NCBI GenBank assembly: GCA_002269645.1
Contig: NIVC01000112.1
Span: 454,520-518,519, forward strand
Direction of reading: 5' to 3'
DNA: 64,000 nucleotides
Source of the DNA: Macrostomum lignano
Lineage: Eukaryota
A model generated the notes under the pieces. The model was not told the DNA's origin and ran no database searches. It saw nothing but the letters and a program-made list of their open reading frames with translations. The position numbers and the translations under genes are program-made. The first letter of the stretch is position 1; every line of letters begins with the position of its first letter. Below, one piece after another: positions 25,588 through 39,365 of this stretch.

Positions 25588-28163
25588 ATAAATAATAAAA
25601 ATCAAAACTGTCTGTATGTCTATGGACAATTTTGTTCACTATGGACTCCCAAACTGCTCAACCAAATGACACCAAATTTTACACACACCCTAAACTCACT
25701 ACAAAGAATGTCTTAGGCTACCTTTAAATTTCCTAAATTTGAGTCTTCCTACCTAAAAGTGCAAAAAACTGCTCAAAATGCGCGATTTTTTTCACTAAAT
25801 CCTCCATAGTGCCGCTCCACTTCTACCTACTGATTCTCTTCAAATTTGACACACATGATCTTCAACTATTTTGGCACAATCATGTAAAATTTCAAGTCTC
25901 AAAGTTAATCCTGAGCGGTGCTGTGCACTTTTAAAGTTAGGCTGTTTTTCTCAGCGTAGCAACCACCCCAACCTCCACCCAGCTGCCCGATCTGGGCCCA
26001 GATGTGTACCGGTAAAAGGGGTTTCAAAATTGACTAACTTTCAGCTGCCATAAGTTTTTTTCCACGTAAAGCGATTGACTTCAAACTTGACACAATTCTT
26101 CATTGACTCATTCTCTGTCTAAATGTTAAGTCTCAACTCTGTACATACATGCGCAACAGTCGGCCAAGTCAGCCAATCTGGCTGACCGATTTGGCGGCCA
26201 ACCAAAGAAGTTGCAAAAATGCCCACCCAAAAAAACCAAAGTATAGTAGTACTAAGTAACTGATGAGGCATTTTGGCTTGATAAGACAGTCATAGTTACT
26301 CTTGCCATTTACCCAAAGTTGCATTAATTTTGTTCTAGGGTTTTTTTACATGTAAGTTGCATTTTTGGCCAAAAAGTACGTTGCATTTTTGTTAAAACTA
26401 AGTCGCACAGCCGACCAAAATTTGGGGGTTGCGCATGTATGACTCTGTAACTCAATCAGAATAGAAACTGTAAGCATGGGAAGTTTGTCTGCTTTTTCTG
26501 TTGTTTGTGGCGCTCAACTCACTCATTCCCCCAGTCCAGATGAAGGGTCAGGCGATAGGGCTCAATGTACATAGCAAATTTACAGTGTTTTGAAATAACT
26601 TTTTAATAGCCTTCTTTGTACCCCCGCGAGTAGAAAGGCGTGGAGAGGAAAGAGTTTAGTAAGAGATTCAATTTCAAACCACTGTCCTCTGAATAGACAA
26701 GTCTATAGCAGTTAAACAAGGATGGCAAATCAAGGCAATGTGGGATGGTTTGTAAAAATATCAAAAAATTAATGAATAACTGATTACAATGCAATCCTAC
26801 TAAATTAGTTACACCATGAAAATTTTAACATTAAGATTCGTATAAGGTACTTTAAAATTTAAATGGCCTTCGAAGAAATGCGTATTTCCATGGTTGTTAG
26901 ACTGCTGCAGACTATGGTGGTGGAGCTGGACAAATTTCTCTCAGGGCTGCTAATTGACCAGAAAGATGACATGATTAAAGCATGAGAAATGATAACAACC
27001 ATGATAGTACTATGTCCCACAAACTGGCTTTCAAAGCAGGGATTGGCAGATTTTTATCTCAAAGGCCAGATAAAGAATCCAGCTCATAGCTATAGGCCAG
27101 ATGAGAGTGAAAAGGAAAAGGAATAGACTATTAAAAAGGGAAGAGGGGCGAGAGGGGATAAAAGAAAAGATAGAAGATAACAGGAAAGATGTACGAGGAG
27201 GTTAAGGAGAGAGCAAAGAATATGGGACAAAGAAGCGAGAGGAGGGGAGAGAGAAGAGAGAGGAAATAGTAGAGGTGAGAAGATGGAGAGAGAAGGGAGA
27301 GGAAATAGTAGAGGTGAGAAGATGGAGAGAGAAGAAGGGAAAGATGAGACAGAGGATCGATGAGAAAGGAGAGTAGAGAAGAGTGAGGTGAGAGAACAAA
27401 GAAGAGATGAGAGTATTGAGAGGGGGGATTAGAAAGGATAGAGGAGAGGAGATAAGAAGGGGGAGATGGGTAAGAAGAGAGAAGATAGAGAAGAGAGATA
27501 GGATAGGAGAGAGCAGATAGATAAAAGGAGAGAGTGGACAGAGGAGAGGAAAGAGTTGAGAGAAGAGAGGAAAAAGGAGAGAGTAGAGATAAGGAAAGTG
27601 TTGAGAGAGGGTGGAGTAAAGAGTGAGAAGAGAGGTGAGGGAAGAGAGAGCAGAGAGCAGAGGGAAGAGAGAGTAGAGAGCAGAGAGAAATGAGAAAAGA
27701 TAAAACAGGAGAAAGGAGATATGAGAGACCAGAGACTAGAGCAAAGAGAGGAGAAGAGAGAGAAAAGAATAGAGGGGAGAGGGAAGAGACGAGAGAGGAG
27801 ACAAGAGAGGAGAGAAGAAAGAAAAGATAAGAGGGGAGAGAGAGAAGAGACAAGAGAGAAGATAGGAAACAGAAAAGAAGATGGAAGTTTCAAAGGATAC
27901 AAAGGACATAGGGAGAGGCAGAGGTACGTAGAGACCAGAGTTTGCCTGACATTCTGCGCAGCACCCCAGCCAACAATATCAATGTTTGCCTCAAATCCAA
28001 ATTTTACATGAATGTACACTATTTTATGTTTAACTCTATCCTAACTATTAACAAGGGAACAAGTTTTTGTTTGAGTTTTACCTCAGATTTTAGAATACAT
28101 GCAAAAATAATTCCAGGGAATGGAGTTCCCCGGGTTCAAAATCTGCAGGTTTCAACAGCTTGT
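25588..28163 (+). mobile_element. Non-autonomous Helitron-like unit, copy A of a head-to-tail pair
   Basis: Colinear homology with 28164-31042. Starts ATAA..AAAATCAAAACTGTCTGTATGTC and ends ..CTGCAGGTTTCAACAGCTTGT, a CTAGT-like end with a short gggaa..ttccc hairpin upstream. Internal GA-rich tract at 27130-27880. The duplication is clear; the Helitron classification is inferred. Confidence 0.6.
26144..26441. mobile_element. hAT-type MITE nested in Helitron-like copy A
   Basis: Perfect 14-bp TIR CATACATGCGCAAC / GTTGCGCATGTATG. 8-bp TSD ACTCTGTA at 26136-26143 and 26442-26449. Empty site present in copy B at 28731-28738. Confidence 0.92.
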
Positions 28164-30414
28164 ATAATATAAAAATCAAAACTCTATGTGTCTATGTCTG
28201 TCTATGGACAATTTTGTTTGCTATGGACTCCCAAACTGCTCAACCAAATGACATCAAACTTTACACCCACCCTAAACTTACTACGGAGAATGTTTTAGGC
28301 TATCTTTAAATTTCCTAGACTCAAGTCTTTCTACTTAAAAGTACAAAAAACTGCTCAAAATGCGTAATTTTTCAATAAATCCTCTATAGTGCCGCTCCAC
28401 TTCTACCAATTCTTTTCAAATTTGACATAGACAATCTTCACTATTTTGGCACAATCATGTAAAATTTCAAGTCTCAAAGTTAATCCTAAACAGCACTGTG
28501 CACTTTTAAAGTTAGGCTGTTTTTTTCTGGGTTTTTTTCAGCAAAGCAGCCACCCCAACCTCAGCCTGCCTGCCTCTCTTGATCTGGGCCCAGATGTGTA
28601 AAAGGGGTTTCAAAATTGACTAACTTTCAGCTGTCATAAGTTTGCTCCATGTGAAGCAATTGACTTTAAACTTGACACAATTCTTCATTGACTCATTCTC
28701 TGTCTTATTTTCTTAAAATGTAAAGTTTCAACTCTGTAACCCAATTAGAACAGAAACTGTAAGCATGTGAACTTTGTCTGCTTTTTCTGTTGTTTGTGCC
28801 AAGCTCACTCACTTATCCCCTAGAGCCAGACCAAGGGTCACATACATGTGCAACCTCTGAAATTATGCTGGCCGTGCGACTTAGTTTTGACCAAAAATGC
28901 GACTTAGTTTTGCGACTTAGTTTGCTTTTTATGCAACTTACCTGATCCTTTTTGCAACTTAGTTGCTCCTATTGCGACTTACCTGATCCTTTTTGCGACT
29001 TAGTTGCTCCTGTTGCAACTTACCTGATCCTTTTTGCAACTTAGTTTGCTTCTTATGCGACTTGTTTTTCTTTTGCTTCATCATTTTTCCTTGAACTGCT
29101 CTTTTTTTGCTTTCCTGTTGCCTTTCTTTCTTGGTTCTTGTGTTTTTCTGTTTTTGGTCGACTCAATTTTGTGACTTACCCCTGGTCAGCCACGATTTAC
29201 AGTAGCCGGATCGGCCAGCTCGGCCAGCAGTTGCGCATGTATGAAGGGTCAGGTGATAAGGCTGAATGTACATGGCAATGTACAGTGTTTAGGAATAACT
29301 TTTTTAAAGCCTTCTCTGCACCCCAAGAGTAGAAAGGCTATGTTTAGCCATAATAGTTTAGTGAGAAATTCTAACCACTGCCCTTTGTATAGGCAAACTC
29401 TGCAGCATTTTAATGGTAGATGGCAATTGGCAAATCAAGACAATCCAGCATCATTTGTAAAAGCAGAAGATTTATAAGAAAGCAATGCAATGCAATACAA
29501 CCCTACTAAATTAAGCACACCATGGAAATTTAAGGTTTCTCTTAAAGGTACTTTAAAATTTAAATGGCCTTTTAAGAAATGCATATTTCCTTGGTTGTTA
29601 GACTGGTGCAAACTGCAATGAAGCTGAAGATACACAAATTCCTTTCAGGGCTATAAATTGGGAAGAAAAAAAGATGACATGATCTAAGCCTGAGAACAGC
29701 CATAGGAGTAGTACATCCTAAAAACTGGCTTTCCAAGCAGAGATGGGCAGACTTTTACCTCAAAGGCCAGATAAAGAATCTAGCTCATGGCTAAAGGGCA
29801 GATGAGAGTGGAAAGAAAGAATAGATGATTATAAAGAAAGCAAAGGTGAGAATGGGGATAAGATAAAATATAGAATATAATAGGAGAGATGGGGAAAAAG
29901 AGGGGAGAGAGGTGAGAGAAAGAAAAGAGGGGCAAGAAAAGCAAGAGGAGAGAGTAGAGGTGAGAAGAAAATAGAGAAGAGGGGAGAGAGGAGAAGCAAG
30001 ATGAGAGAGATGAGATAGGAGAGCAGACAGTAGAGAGGAGCAAGTAGAGAGGAGAGAGAAAAGAGTAGAAATGAGAGAGCAGAGAGCTGCAAATGAGAGG
30101 AGAGGAGAGAGGTGAAATGAGAGATGAGAGAGTAAAGGGAAGAGGAAAGAGAGAAGGTTGTAGATATAAGAGAGGTATAAGTAGAGATGAGAAATGAGAG
30201 ATGAGAGATAAAGGAAGAGATAGGAAAGTAGAGAGAGAAGACATGAGACAAGAGAGGTAGAGAGTACAGAAGAAGGAAGAGAAGAGAAGAGAAGAAAGGA
30301 AAAAGAAAAGTGAGGAGTCAAAAGAGGGGAAAGAAAGAAAAAGAGAAGAATGGAGAGAGTAGAGATGAGAAGAGAGATAGAAGAGGAGAGATGCATGCAA
30401 GAGAGAGAGAAAGG

Positions 30415-30464
<50 letters not shown>

Positions 30465-31042
30465 GAGAGATAATGGAGAAAAATGAGAACAGGTAAAAGA
30501 TAAAAGAAGAGAAATGAGAAATGAGAGAGCAAAGACAAGAAGAGAGGTGAGGGAATAGAGAAGAGAGGAGAGAAGAGAGAAGAAAGGAGAGAAGAGGGGA
30601 GAGTAAGGAGTGAGAAGAAAATAAAAAGAAGAGGATAGATGCGAGAGAAGAGAGGAGAAGAGAGAGAAAGGAGTAGAAAGTAGAGAGGAAAAAAGAGAAA
30701 AGATGAGAGGAGAGACAAGAGATAAGAGAGAAGAAAAAAAAGAAAATATAAGTTTCAAAGGATCCAAGGGATGTAGGTAGAGGCAGAGGCCAGTGTCTGC
30801 CAATACATGTTTAAGAGTCAGACAGACATTGCCTGACATTCTGCACAGCACCCCAACCAGCAAGATAAATACTTGCTTCAAATCTTAATTTTACACGAAT
30901 TTACTCCATTTTATGTTCACCTCTATGCTAACTATTAACAAGTTTTTGTTTGAGTGTGACTTCAGATGGTAGAATAAATGCAAAAATAGTTCTGGGGATA
31001 GGAATTCCACAGGTTCAAAATCTGCAGGTTTCAACAGCTTGT
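28164..31042 (+). mobile_element. Non-autonomous Helitron-like unit, copy B
   Basis: Begins immediately after the CAGCTTGT end of copy A and has the same 3' end CTGCAGGTTTCAACAGCTTGT at 31022-31042. Internal GA-rich tract at ~29800-30750. Confidence 0.6.
28841..29243. mobile_element. hAT-type MITE of the same family as 26144-26441, opposite orientation, nested in copy B
   Basis: TIR CATACATGTGCAAC / GTTGCGCATGTATG. 8-bp TSD AAGGGTCA at 28833-28840 and 29244-29251. Empty site present in copy A at 26543-26550. Confidence 0.92.
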
Positions 31043-31775
31043 ATTTATTATAATTTATTATTATAGTATTTCAACCCATTGACTCAAAATCTTTGATTCT
31101 TTAAAGCAAAAAAATCAATTTAATAATTTGCTGGTCTCTTATTTTTATTTGATGGTTAGCCTTAAAAGTTGGAAAAGGTGACAAGTTAATATATATGGTA
31201 ATCCAATATCAACAAACTAGCCTATTTTTTTAATTTTAAGTATTATAATGAGATTTATGCAATCTAAAACTAATTTTCTTAACTAGTTCTTTCATAAACT
31301 TTTTCAGACAAAATTGACAATAAATTGAAATACATTATTTTGCTTTTTTTGTCTTTTGCAAAACTAAGTTGCATTTTCAGTGGTTGCAAATGTATAATAC
31401 AATATTTACATAAAAATGTACCCTAAAATCGAATCTTTTTAGCCTATCATCTCATCTTATCTCAGTCTAAACAAAAATATTTACTGTTGTACTGACTTTT
31501 TGCTCAATTCAATGTCATTTCTAACTAAACTCAGCTAACTACTAAATACACTTTTCACTGCAGCCAATAAGGCAACACAACTTTATTGATTTTGTGCAAC
31601 CATGACAATACCAACCAACTAATTGGCTCTCCTGCGAGAGTGAGAGGCTGAGAAAAAGCACAGTCCCCACAAGAAGGAGAGCTAACCACCACAAAACGCC
31701 AAAGGAAAAATCTCAATTTACTTATAATTGGTCCTTGCCTAACAAGAGCAACTGCATAGCAACTGCATCGTCGCA

Positions 31776-33751
31776 ATGAAGCTGCTGGACACGCCAAAAT
31801 TCGATCCATTTCTGGGCGCCATTCGCCAGGCTGCTTGCGACTACGAGTTGGACTTTCGATTGGAGAATTATTCCTGCAAAATGATCTCCACAGATAAGCG
31901 CCAGTTTAAAAAGTTCACCGCCGAGAGGCAGAGCGCCAGTCCGGGTGGGCGACTGCCGCAGTTGCAATTGCTGTCGCCGCCCCAGTCTGAGCAGGGTGGT
32001 AGCTACTTTCAGGTGAGTCAGGCCTCGGCTAGAGAGGTTAACTGAGGTAGGGAGAGTAGCGCCTCATTAAACACGAGAGTATCGCCTCACTGAATGGGAG
32101 AGTAGCGCCTCACTGAATGGGAGAGTAGCGCCTCACTGAATGGGAGAGTAGCGCCTCACTGAATGGGAGAGTGGCGCCTCACTGAATGGGAGAGTAGCGC
32201 CTCACTGAATGGGAGAGTAGCGCCTCACTGAATGGGAGAGTAGCGCCTCACTGAATGGGAGAGTGGCGCCTCACTGAATGAGAGAGTGGCGCCTCACTGA
32301 TTGGGAGACTGGCGCCTCATTGAATGGGAGGTGGCGCCTCACTGAAAATCTGTTTAGCGGGTTTGTCTGGCTGGGTCAGCGCACTAATTAGCCAATCCAT
32401 GTCACCCGCACTGACAGCAGCAGACGTCCTGGCATTCGTCCCAGTCAGAGGAGGACGGCGAGACCTCAGGCTGCGGCGGCCCAGCGGCTGGGATCTCGCA
32501 CAAGACTCTGTTCTACCTCATCTCCACGCTGAACTCCAGCTTCTTTGATTACGATTTCACCTGCTGCGACAGCGAGGAGTTTTCGCGCGAAAGCCTTTTG
32601 GAGAGGGTGCAGGTGAGCTTTTTCCGTTGCTAGGGGGGATTTTGTCTTCCCAATTCCTAAAAATATCTTTGAATTGCAATTTTCCCAGTTTCTTAGAATC
32701 CCTTCGGATTGCAGTTTTCCCAGTTTCTTAGAATCCCTTTGGATTGCAGTTTTCCCAGTTTCTTAGAATCCCTTCGAATTGCAGTTTTCCCAGTTTCTTA
32801 GAATCCCTTCGAATTGCAGTTTTCCCAGTTTCTTAGAATCCCTTCGGATTGCAGTTTTCCCAGTTTCTTAGAATCCCTTCGGATTGCAGTTTTCTCAGTT
32901 TCTTAGAATCCCTTCGGATTGCAATTTTCCCAGTTTCTTAGAATCCCTTCGGATTGCAGTTTTTCCAGTTTCTTAGAATCCCTTCGGATTGCAGTTTTCC
33001 CAGTTTCTTAGAATCCCTTCGAATTGCAGTTTTCCCAGTTTCTTAGAATCCCTTCGGATTGCAGTTTTCCCAGTTTCTTAGAATCCCTTCGAATTGCAGT
33101 TTTCCCAGTTTCTTAGAATCCCTTCGGATTGCAGTTTTCCCAGTTTCTTAGAATCCCTTCGGATTGCAGTTTTCCCAGTTTCTTAGAATCCCTTCGGATT
33201 GCAGCTTTTCCAATTTGTGTGAAAATCCCATTAATTTCTTGATGTTGTTGTTAAATTCATGTTAAATCCCATTACCATTGCGTCTGTCGCCCCAGATCCT
33301 CAACCTGCCGCTGCCCCTTCCCCACCGCCCCAAGGCCGACGTGGACGACCGCCTGGGCCGCTGCGTGCCCAGCTATGCCGGCTTCCGGGCCGCCTTCTGG
33401 CACACCTTGGACGACGAAATCAGCCTTTCCGACTGCGACATCTACAGCTACAACCCGGACAATGTCTCGGACCCCTACTGCTCCGGCGGGGTGCTGTGGT
33501 CCTTCAACTACATGTTCTTCAACAAGAAGCTGAAACGAATCGTGTTCCTGTCCTGCTGCGCCAGGGCCATCATGAACGGTGGCGGCGGCGGCCGGCCGGG
33601 CGCCTTCGACGAGGCCTACTTCGACTACGACGACGATGGCGACTTTAGCGGCCTGCCGGCGGCAGTGTGCGTTCCGCCGCGCGACGACTTGCAAGATTTC
33701 GGCGGCGACTTCGTGTCGACCGCTGCCGCCGCTGCCGCATTCAGGGGCTGA
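31776..33751 (+). CDS. MAF1: Repressor of RNA polymerase III transcription MAF1, ~295 aa; join(31776..32012,32418..32612,33296..33751)
   Basis: Hallmark motifs [48 protein letters not shown] and [42 protein letters not shown]. Both introns are phase 0 with GTGAG donors. Confidence 0.97.
32068..32345. repeat. 23-bp minisatellite (gggagagtagcgcctcactgaat) in MAF1 intron 1
   Basis: About 12 direct copies. Confidence 0.95.
32680..33208. repeat. 35-bp minisatellite (cagtttcttagaatcccttcggattgcagttttcc) in MAF1 intron 2
   Basis: About 15 direct copies. Confidence 0.95.
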
Positions 33752-34184
33752 AAAATGAGATTTCTAGCATAAAAGAGCCCGTGTATGAATTTCTTAGAAA
33801 AACAAGCAATTTTTGCCCGCGTAAATTTTGTTCTTGTGTGTTTTAAGTTCAGGCATGAATTATGAATTCAAACTATACAAAAATAGTTGGGTTTCTTGTC
33901 TCATTTTCTATTGTTGTATTCGTTCTCTGTACAGGCAAATTCGATTTATTTTTGTTACCGTTTCTACGAGTGTGTACGATTACTATTTGTGTAATTTTTG
34001 CACCTTATGTTGTAAAAATATTTGCTTTTGGCTAATTTGACTACTTACCAGCTACACGTATCAGTAGCACTGTAAGGAAATGCTTTTCTGAAATTTTATT
34101 TTTGTTTAATTTAACTGTCGTAACTAGAAGTTCTGATCACATTGGCCCCTGTACGATCGAGTATCTTTGATCCTAATCGCACGT

Positions 34185-37100
34185 CTGCATCCCTGATCCC
34201 CAGCATCACAGGTCTGCATCCCTGATTCCCATCATCACAAATCTGCATCCCTGATCCCCAGCATCACAGATCTGCATCCCTGATTCCCATCATCACAAAT
34301 CTGCATCCCTGATTCCCATCATCACAAATCTGCATCCCTGATCCCCAGCATCACAGATCTGCATCCCTGATTCCCATCATCACAAATCTGCATCCCTGAT
34401 CCCCAGCATCACAGATCTGCATCCCTGATTCCCATCATCACACATCTGCATCCCTGATCCCCAGCATCACAGATCTGCATCCCTGATTCCCATCATCACA
34501 AATCTGCATCCCTGATTCTCATCATCACAAATCTGCATCCCTGATCCCCATCATCACACATCTGCATCCCTGATCCCCAGCATCACAGATCTGCATCCCT
34601 GATTCCCATCATCACAAATCTGCATCCCTTATCCCCATCATCACACATCTGCATCCCTGATCCCCAGCATCACAGATCTGCATCCCTGATCCCAGCATCA
34701 CACATCTGCATCCCTGATCCCCATCATCACAGATCTGCATCCCTGATCCCCATCATCACACATCTGCGTCCCTGATCCCCATCATCACAGATCTGCATCC
34801 CTGATCCCCATCATCACAGATCTGCATCCCTGATCCCCATCATCACACATCTGCATCCCTGATTCCCATCATCACACATCTGCATCCCTGATCCCCATCA
34901 TCACAGATCTGCATCCCTGATCCCCATCATCACACATCTGCATCCCTGATCCCCATCATCACACATCTGCATCCCTGATCCCCAGCATCACACATCTGCA
35001 TCCCTGATCCCCAGCATCACAAATCTGCATCCCTGATCCCCATCATCACACATCTGCATCCCTGATCCCCATCATAACACATCTGCATCCCTGATCCCCA
35101 TCATCACAGATCTGCATCCCTGATCCCCATCATAACACATCTGCATCCCTGATTCCCATCATCACACATCTGCATCCCTGATCCCAGCATCACAGATCTG
35201 CATCCCTGATTCCCATCATCACACATCTGCATCCCTGATCCCCATCATCACAGATTTGCATCCCTGATCCCCATCATCACAGATTTGCATCCCTGATTCC
35301 CATCATCACAGATCTGCATCCCTGATTCCCATCATAACACATCTGCATCCCTGATCCCATCATCACACATCTGCATCCCTGATTCCCATCATCACAAATC
35401 TGCATCCCTGATCCCCATCATCACAGGTTTGCATCCCTGATTCCCATCATCACACATCTGCATCCCTGATTCCCATCATAACACATCTGCATCCCTGATC
35501 CCCAGCATCACAGGTCTGCATCCCTGATCCCCATCATAACACATCTGCATCCCTGATTCCCATCATCACACATCTGCATCCCTGATCCCAGCATCACAGA
35601 TCTGCATCCCTGATTCCCATCATCACACATCTGCATCCCTGATCCCCATCATCACAGATTTGCATCCCTGATCCCCATCATCACAGATTTGCATCCCTGA
35701 TTCCCATCATCACAGATCTGCATCCCTGATTCCCATCATAACACATCTGCATCCCTGATCCCCATCATCACAGATCTGCATCCCTGATTCCCATCATAAC
35801 ACATCTGCATCCCTGATCCCCATCATCACAGATCTGCATCCCTGATCCCCATCATCACACATCTGCATCCCTGATCCCCATCATAACACATCTGCATCCC
35901 TGATCCCCATCATAACACATCTGCATCCCTGATCCCCATCATCACAGATCTGCATCCCTGATCCCATCATCACACATCTGCATCCCTGATCCCCATCATA
36001 ACACATCTGCATCCCTGATCCCCAGCATCACAGGTCTGCATCCCTGATCCCCATCATCACAGATCTGCATCCCTGATCCCATCATCACACATCTGCATCC
36101 CTGATTCCCATCATAACACATCTGCATCCCTGATCCCCATCATCACAGATCTGCATCCCTGATTCCCATCATAACACATCTGCATCCCTGATCCCCATCA
36201 TAACACATCTGCATCCCTGATCCCCATCATAACACATCTGCATCCCTGATCCCCATCATCACAAATCTGCATCCCTGATCCCCATCATAACACATCTGCA
36301 TCCCTGATCCCCATCATCACAAATCTGCATCCCTGATCCCCATCATAACACATCTGCATCCCTGATCCCCATCATCACAAATCTGCATCCCTGATCCCCA
36401 TCATCACAGATTTGCATCCCTGATCCCCATCATCACAGATTTGCATCCCTGATCCCCATCATCACAAATCTGCATCCCTGATCCCCATCATCACAAATCT
36501 GCATCCCTGATCCCCATCATCACACATCTGCATCCCTGATCCCCATCATCACAAATCTGCATCCCTGATCCCCATCATCACACATCTGCATCCCTGATCC
36601 CCATCATAACACATCTGCATCCCTGATCCCCAGCATCACAGGTCTGCATCCCTGATTCCCATCATCACAGATCTGCATCCCTGATCCCATCATCACACAT
36701 CTGCATCCCTGATTCCCATCATAACACATCTGCATCCCTGATCCCCATCATCACAGATCTGCATCCCTGATTCCCATCATAACACATCTGCATCCCTGAT
36801 CCCCATCATAACACATCTGCATCCCTGATCCCCATCATAACACATCTGCATCCCTGATCCCCATCATCACAAATCTGCATCCCTGATCCCCATCATAACA
36901 CATCTGCATCCCTGATCCCCATCATCACAAATCTGCATCCCTGATCCCCATCATAACACATCTGCATCCCTGATCCCCATCATCACAAATCTGCATCCCT
37001 GATCCCCATCATCACAGATTTGCATCCCTGATCCCCATCATCACAGATTTGCATCCCTGATCCCCATCATCACAAATCTGCATCCCTGATCCCCATCATC

Positions 37101-37283
37101 ACAAATCTGCATCCCTGATCCCCATCATCACAAATCTGCATCCCTGATCCCCATCATCACAAATCTGCATCCCTGATCCCCATCATCACACATCTGCATC
37201 CCTGATCCCCATCATCACAAATCTGCATCCCTGATCCCCATCATCACACATCTGCATCCCTGATCCCCAGCATCACAGGTCTG
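34185..37283. repeat. 29-bp minisatellite (ctgcatccctgatccccatcatcacacat)
   Basis: About 105 direct copies. Confidence 0.97.
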
Positions 37284-37964
37284 AGTCTCATAATATCATG
37301 AGTTATCTGGCAATTTTTCTTTATGTTTTCTTTTTGTCTTTTTGCTTCTCATTACCTGTTCGCTAAACTCCTAGTAATGAAAGCTGAATTTTTTTGGCAT
37401 AGTTTGCAATGTAATATCTCGGTTTTACTATTAATTACCAAAAGCTCATCATGCAATAAGTTTGCTGCCGTTATTTCCCCTTAATCACTTAATCAAGTTT
37501 CAGCCTAGACTCACTCTGTTTGTAGTTTGTTGTGATTGATAAATATACAACGTAATCGATTTTGCTGGAAACAGAACGATCCGTTCTCAAATTTGTCTAA
37601 AGCAGCTATATTTAGAAATGATAGAAATGCTTCGTCTTTGCATTATTAAGCTGTCAATTAATTCACTTACTGAGCTCATTCGATGTCGTCTCAGCGTTAA
37701 AGATAAGCACGTGTTTTTTAATCCTCTATTTATTTTGTTATTAGCTAGCTATCGCCCTTATTGTGTTTATGAAAAGCTATGCATCAATGAAGTTTGTGTA
37801 GATATTGCTCCGAAATTTTTACTTTGCGTACTAAACAACAATATAAACCCGAAGAAATAGTTACAGACAAAGAGAGTTGTCATCGAATGTTTTTTTCTCT
37901 GTCATGTTTCATTTGAAATGTGTTCTTGTGCTCTTGTGCTCTTGTTGTTCTTTTACGAGTAAGA

Positions 37965-38030
37965 CAGGGGTCAGCGAACTCCGGCCCACGAACATGCGGT
38001 CCACGAAGCCTCTCTATCCGATCCTCGAGT
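37965..38030 (+). mobile_element. Probable solitary hAT-type terminal sequence
   Basis: CAGGGGTCAGCGAACTCCGGCCCACG..ATGCGGTCC resembles CAGGGGT..AAACT.CGGCCC hAT/Charlie ends; no partner end found. Confidence 0.35.
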
Positions 38031-38079
38031 CCTTTGATACTTTGCAATAGCAATTCGGCCCGCTCAATGTTCATGTTTT

Positions 38080-39365
38080 TCAGCTCTCTCCTCTCTCCTC
38101 TCCCCCCTCCCTCTCTTCTCCCCCTCTCTCCTCTCCTCTCCCCCTCCCTCTCTTCTCCCCCTCTCTCCTCTCCTCTCCCCCCTCCCTCTCTCCCCCTCTC
38201 TCCTCTCCTCTCCCCCCTCCCTCTCTCCCCCCTCTCTCCTCTCCTCTCCCCCTCCCTCTCTTCTCCCCCTCTCTCCTCTCCTCTCTCCCCCCTCCCTCTC
38301 TTCTCCCCCTCTCTCCTCTCCTCTCTCCCCCTCCCTCTCTTCTCCCCCTCTCTCCTCTCCTCTCCCCCCCTCCCTCTCTTCTCCCCCTCTCTCCTCTCCT
38401 CTCTCCCCCTCCCTCTCTCCCCCCTCTCTCCTCTCCTCTCCCCCTCCCTCTCTCCCCCCTCTCTCCTCTCCTCTCCCCCCTCCCTCTCTCCCCCCTCTCT
38501 CCTCTCCTCTCCCCCTCCCTCTCTTCTCCCCCTCTCTCCTCTCCTCTCTCCCCCTCCCTCTCTTCTCCCCCTCTCTCCTCTCCTCTCTCCCCCTCCCTCT
38601 CTTCTCCCCCTCTCTCCTCTCCTCTCCCCCCTCCCTCTCTTCTCCCCCTCTCTCCTCTCCTCTCTCCCCCCTCCCTCTCTCCCCCCTCTCTCCTCTCCTC
38701 TCCCCCTCCCTCTCTCCCCCCCTCTCTCCTCTCCTCTCCCCCTCCCTCTCTCCCCCTCTCTCCTCTCCTCTCCCCCTCCCTCTCTTCTCCCCCTCTCTCC
38801 TCTCCTCTCTCCCCCTCCCTCTCTCCCCCTCTCTCCTCTCCTCTCCCCCTCCCTCTCTTCTCCCCCTCTCTCCTCTCCTCTCCCCCTCCCTCTCTCCCCC
38901 CTCTCTCCTCTCCTCTCCCCTCCCTCTCTTCTCCCCCTCTCTCCTCTCCTCTCTCCCCCCCCTCTCTCCCCCCTCTCTCTCCTCTCCTCTCCTCCCTCCC
39001 TCTCTCCCCCCTCTCTCCTCTCCTCTCCCCCCTCCCTCTCTCCCCCCTCTCTCCTCTCCTCTCCCCCTCCCTCTCTTCTCCCCCTCTCTCCTCTCTCCTC
39101 TCCTCTCTCCCCTCCCCTCTCTTCTCCCCCTCTCTCCTCTCTCCTCTCCTCTCCCCCTCCCCTCTCTTCTCACCCTCTCTCCTCTCTCCTCTCCTTTCTC
39201 ACCCTCTCTTCTCCCCCTCTCCCCTCTCTTCTGCGCCTTCTTCTCTACTCTTATCTTCTGCCCTTTCTCTCATACCATCTCTTGCCTCTGCTCTCGTCTT
39301 CTCTCCTTTCCTCTCTCGTATAGCTCGCAGCTATGAGCTGGTTTCCTTATCTGGCCCTTGGGGTG
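38080..39365 (-). repeat. CT-rich low-complexity tract, probably an inverted relative of the interior of the Helitron-like unit
   Basis: Polypyrimidine array followed at ~39330-39365 by ctatgagctggtttccttatctggcccttg, the reverse complement of the sequence just before the GA tract in copies A and B (~27060-27095). Confidence 0.6.

Noticed and set aside
27131-39323. Hydrophobic L/S/P/F-rich and R/E/G-rich ORFs
   Set aside because: Translations of GA/CT low-complexity tracts inside repeats
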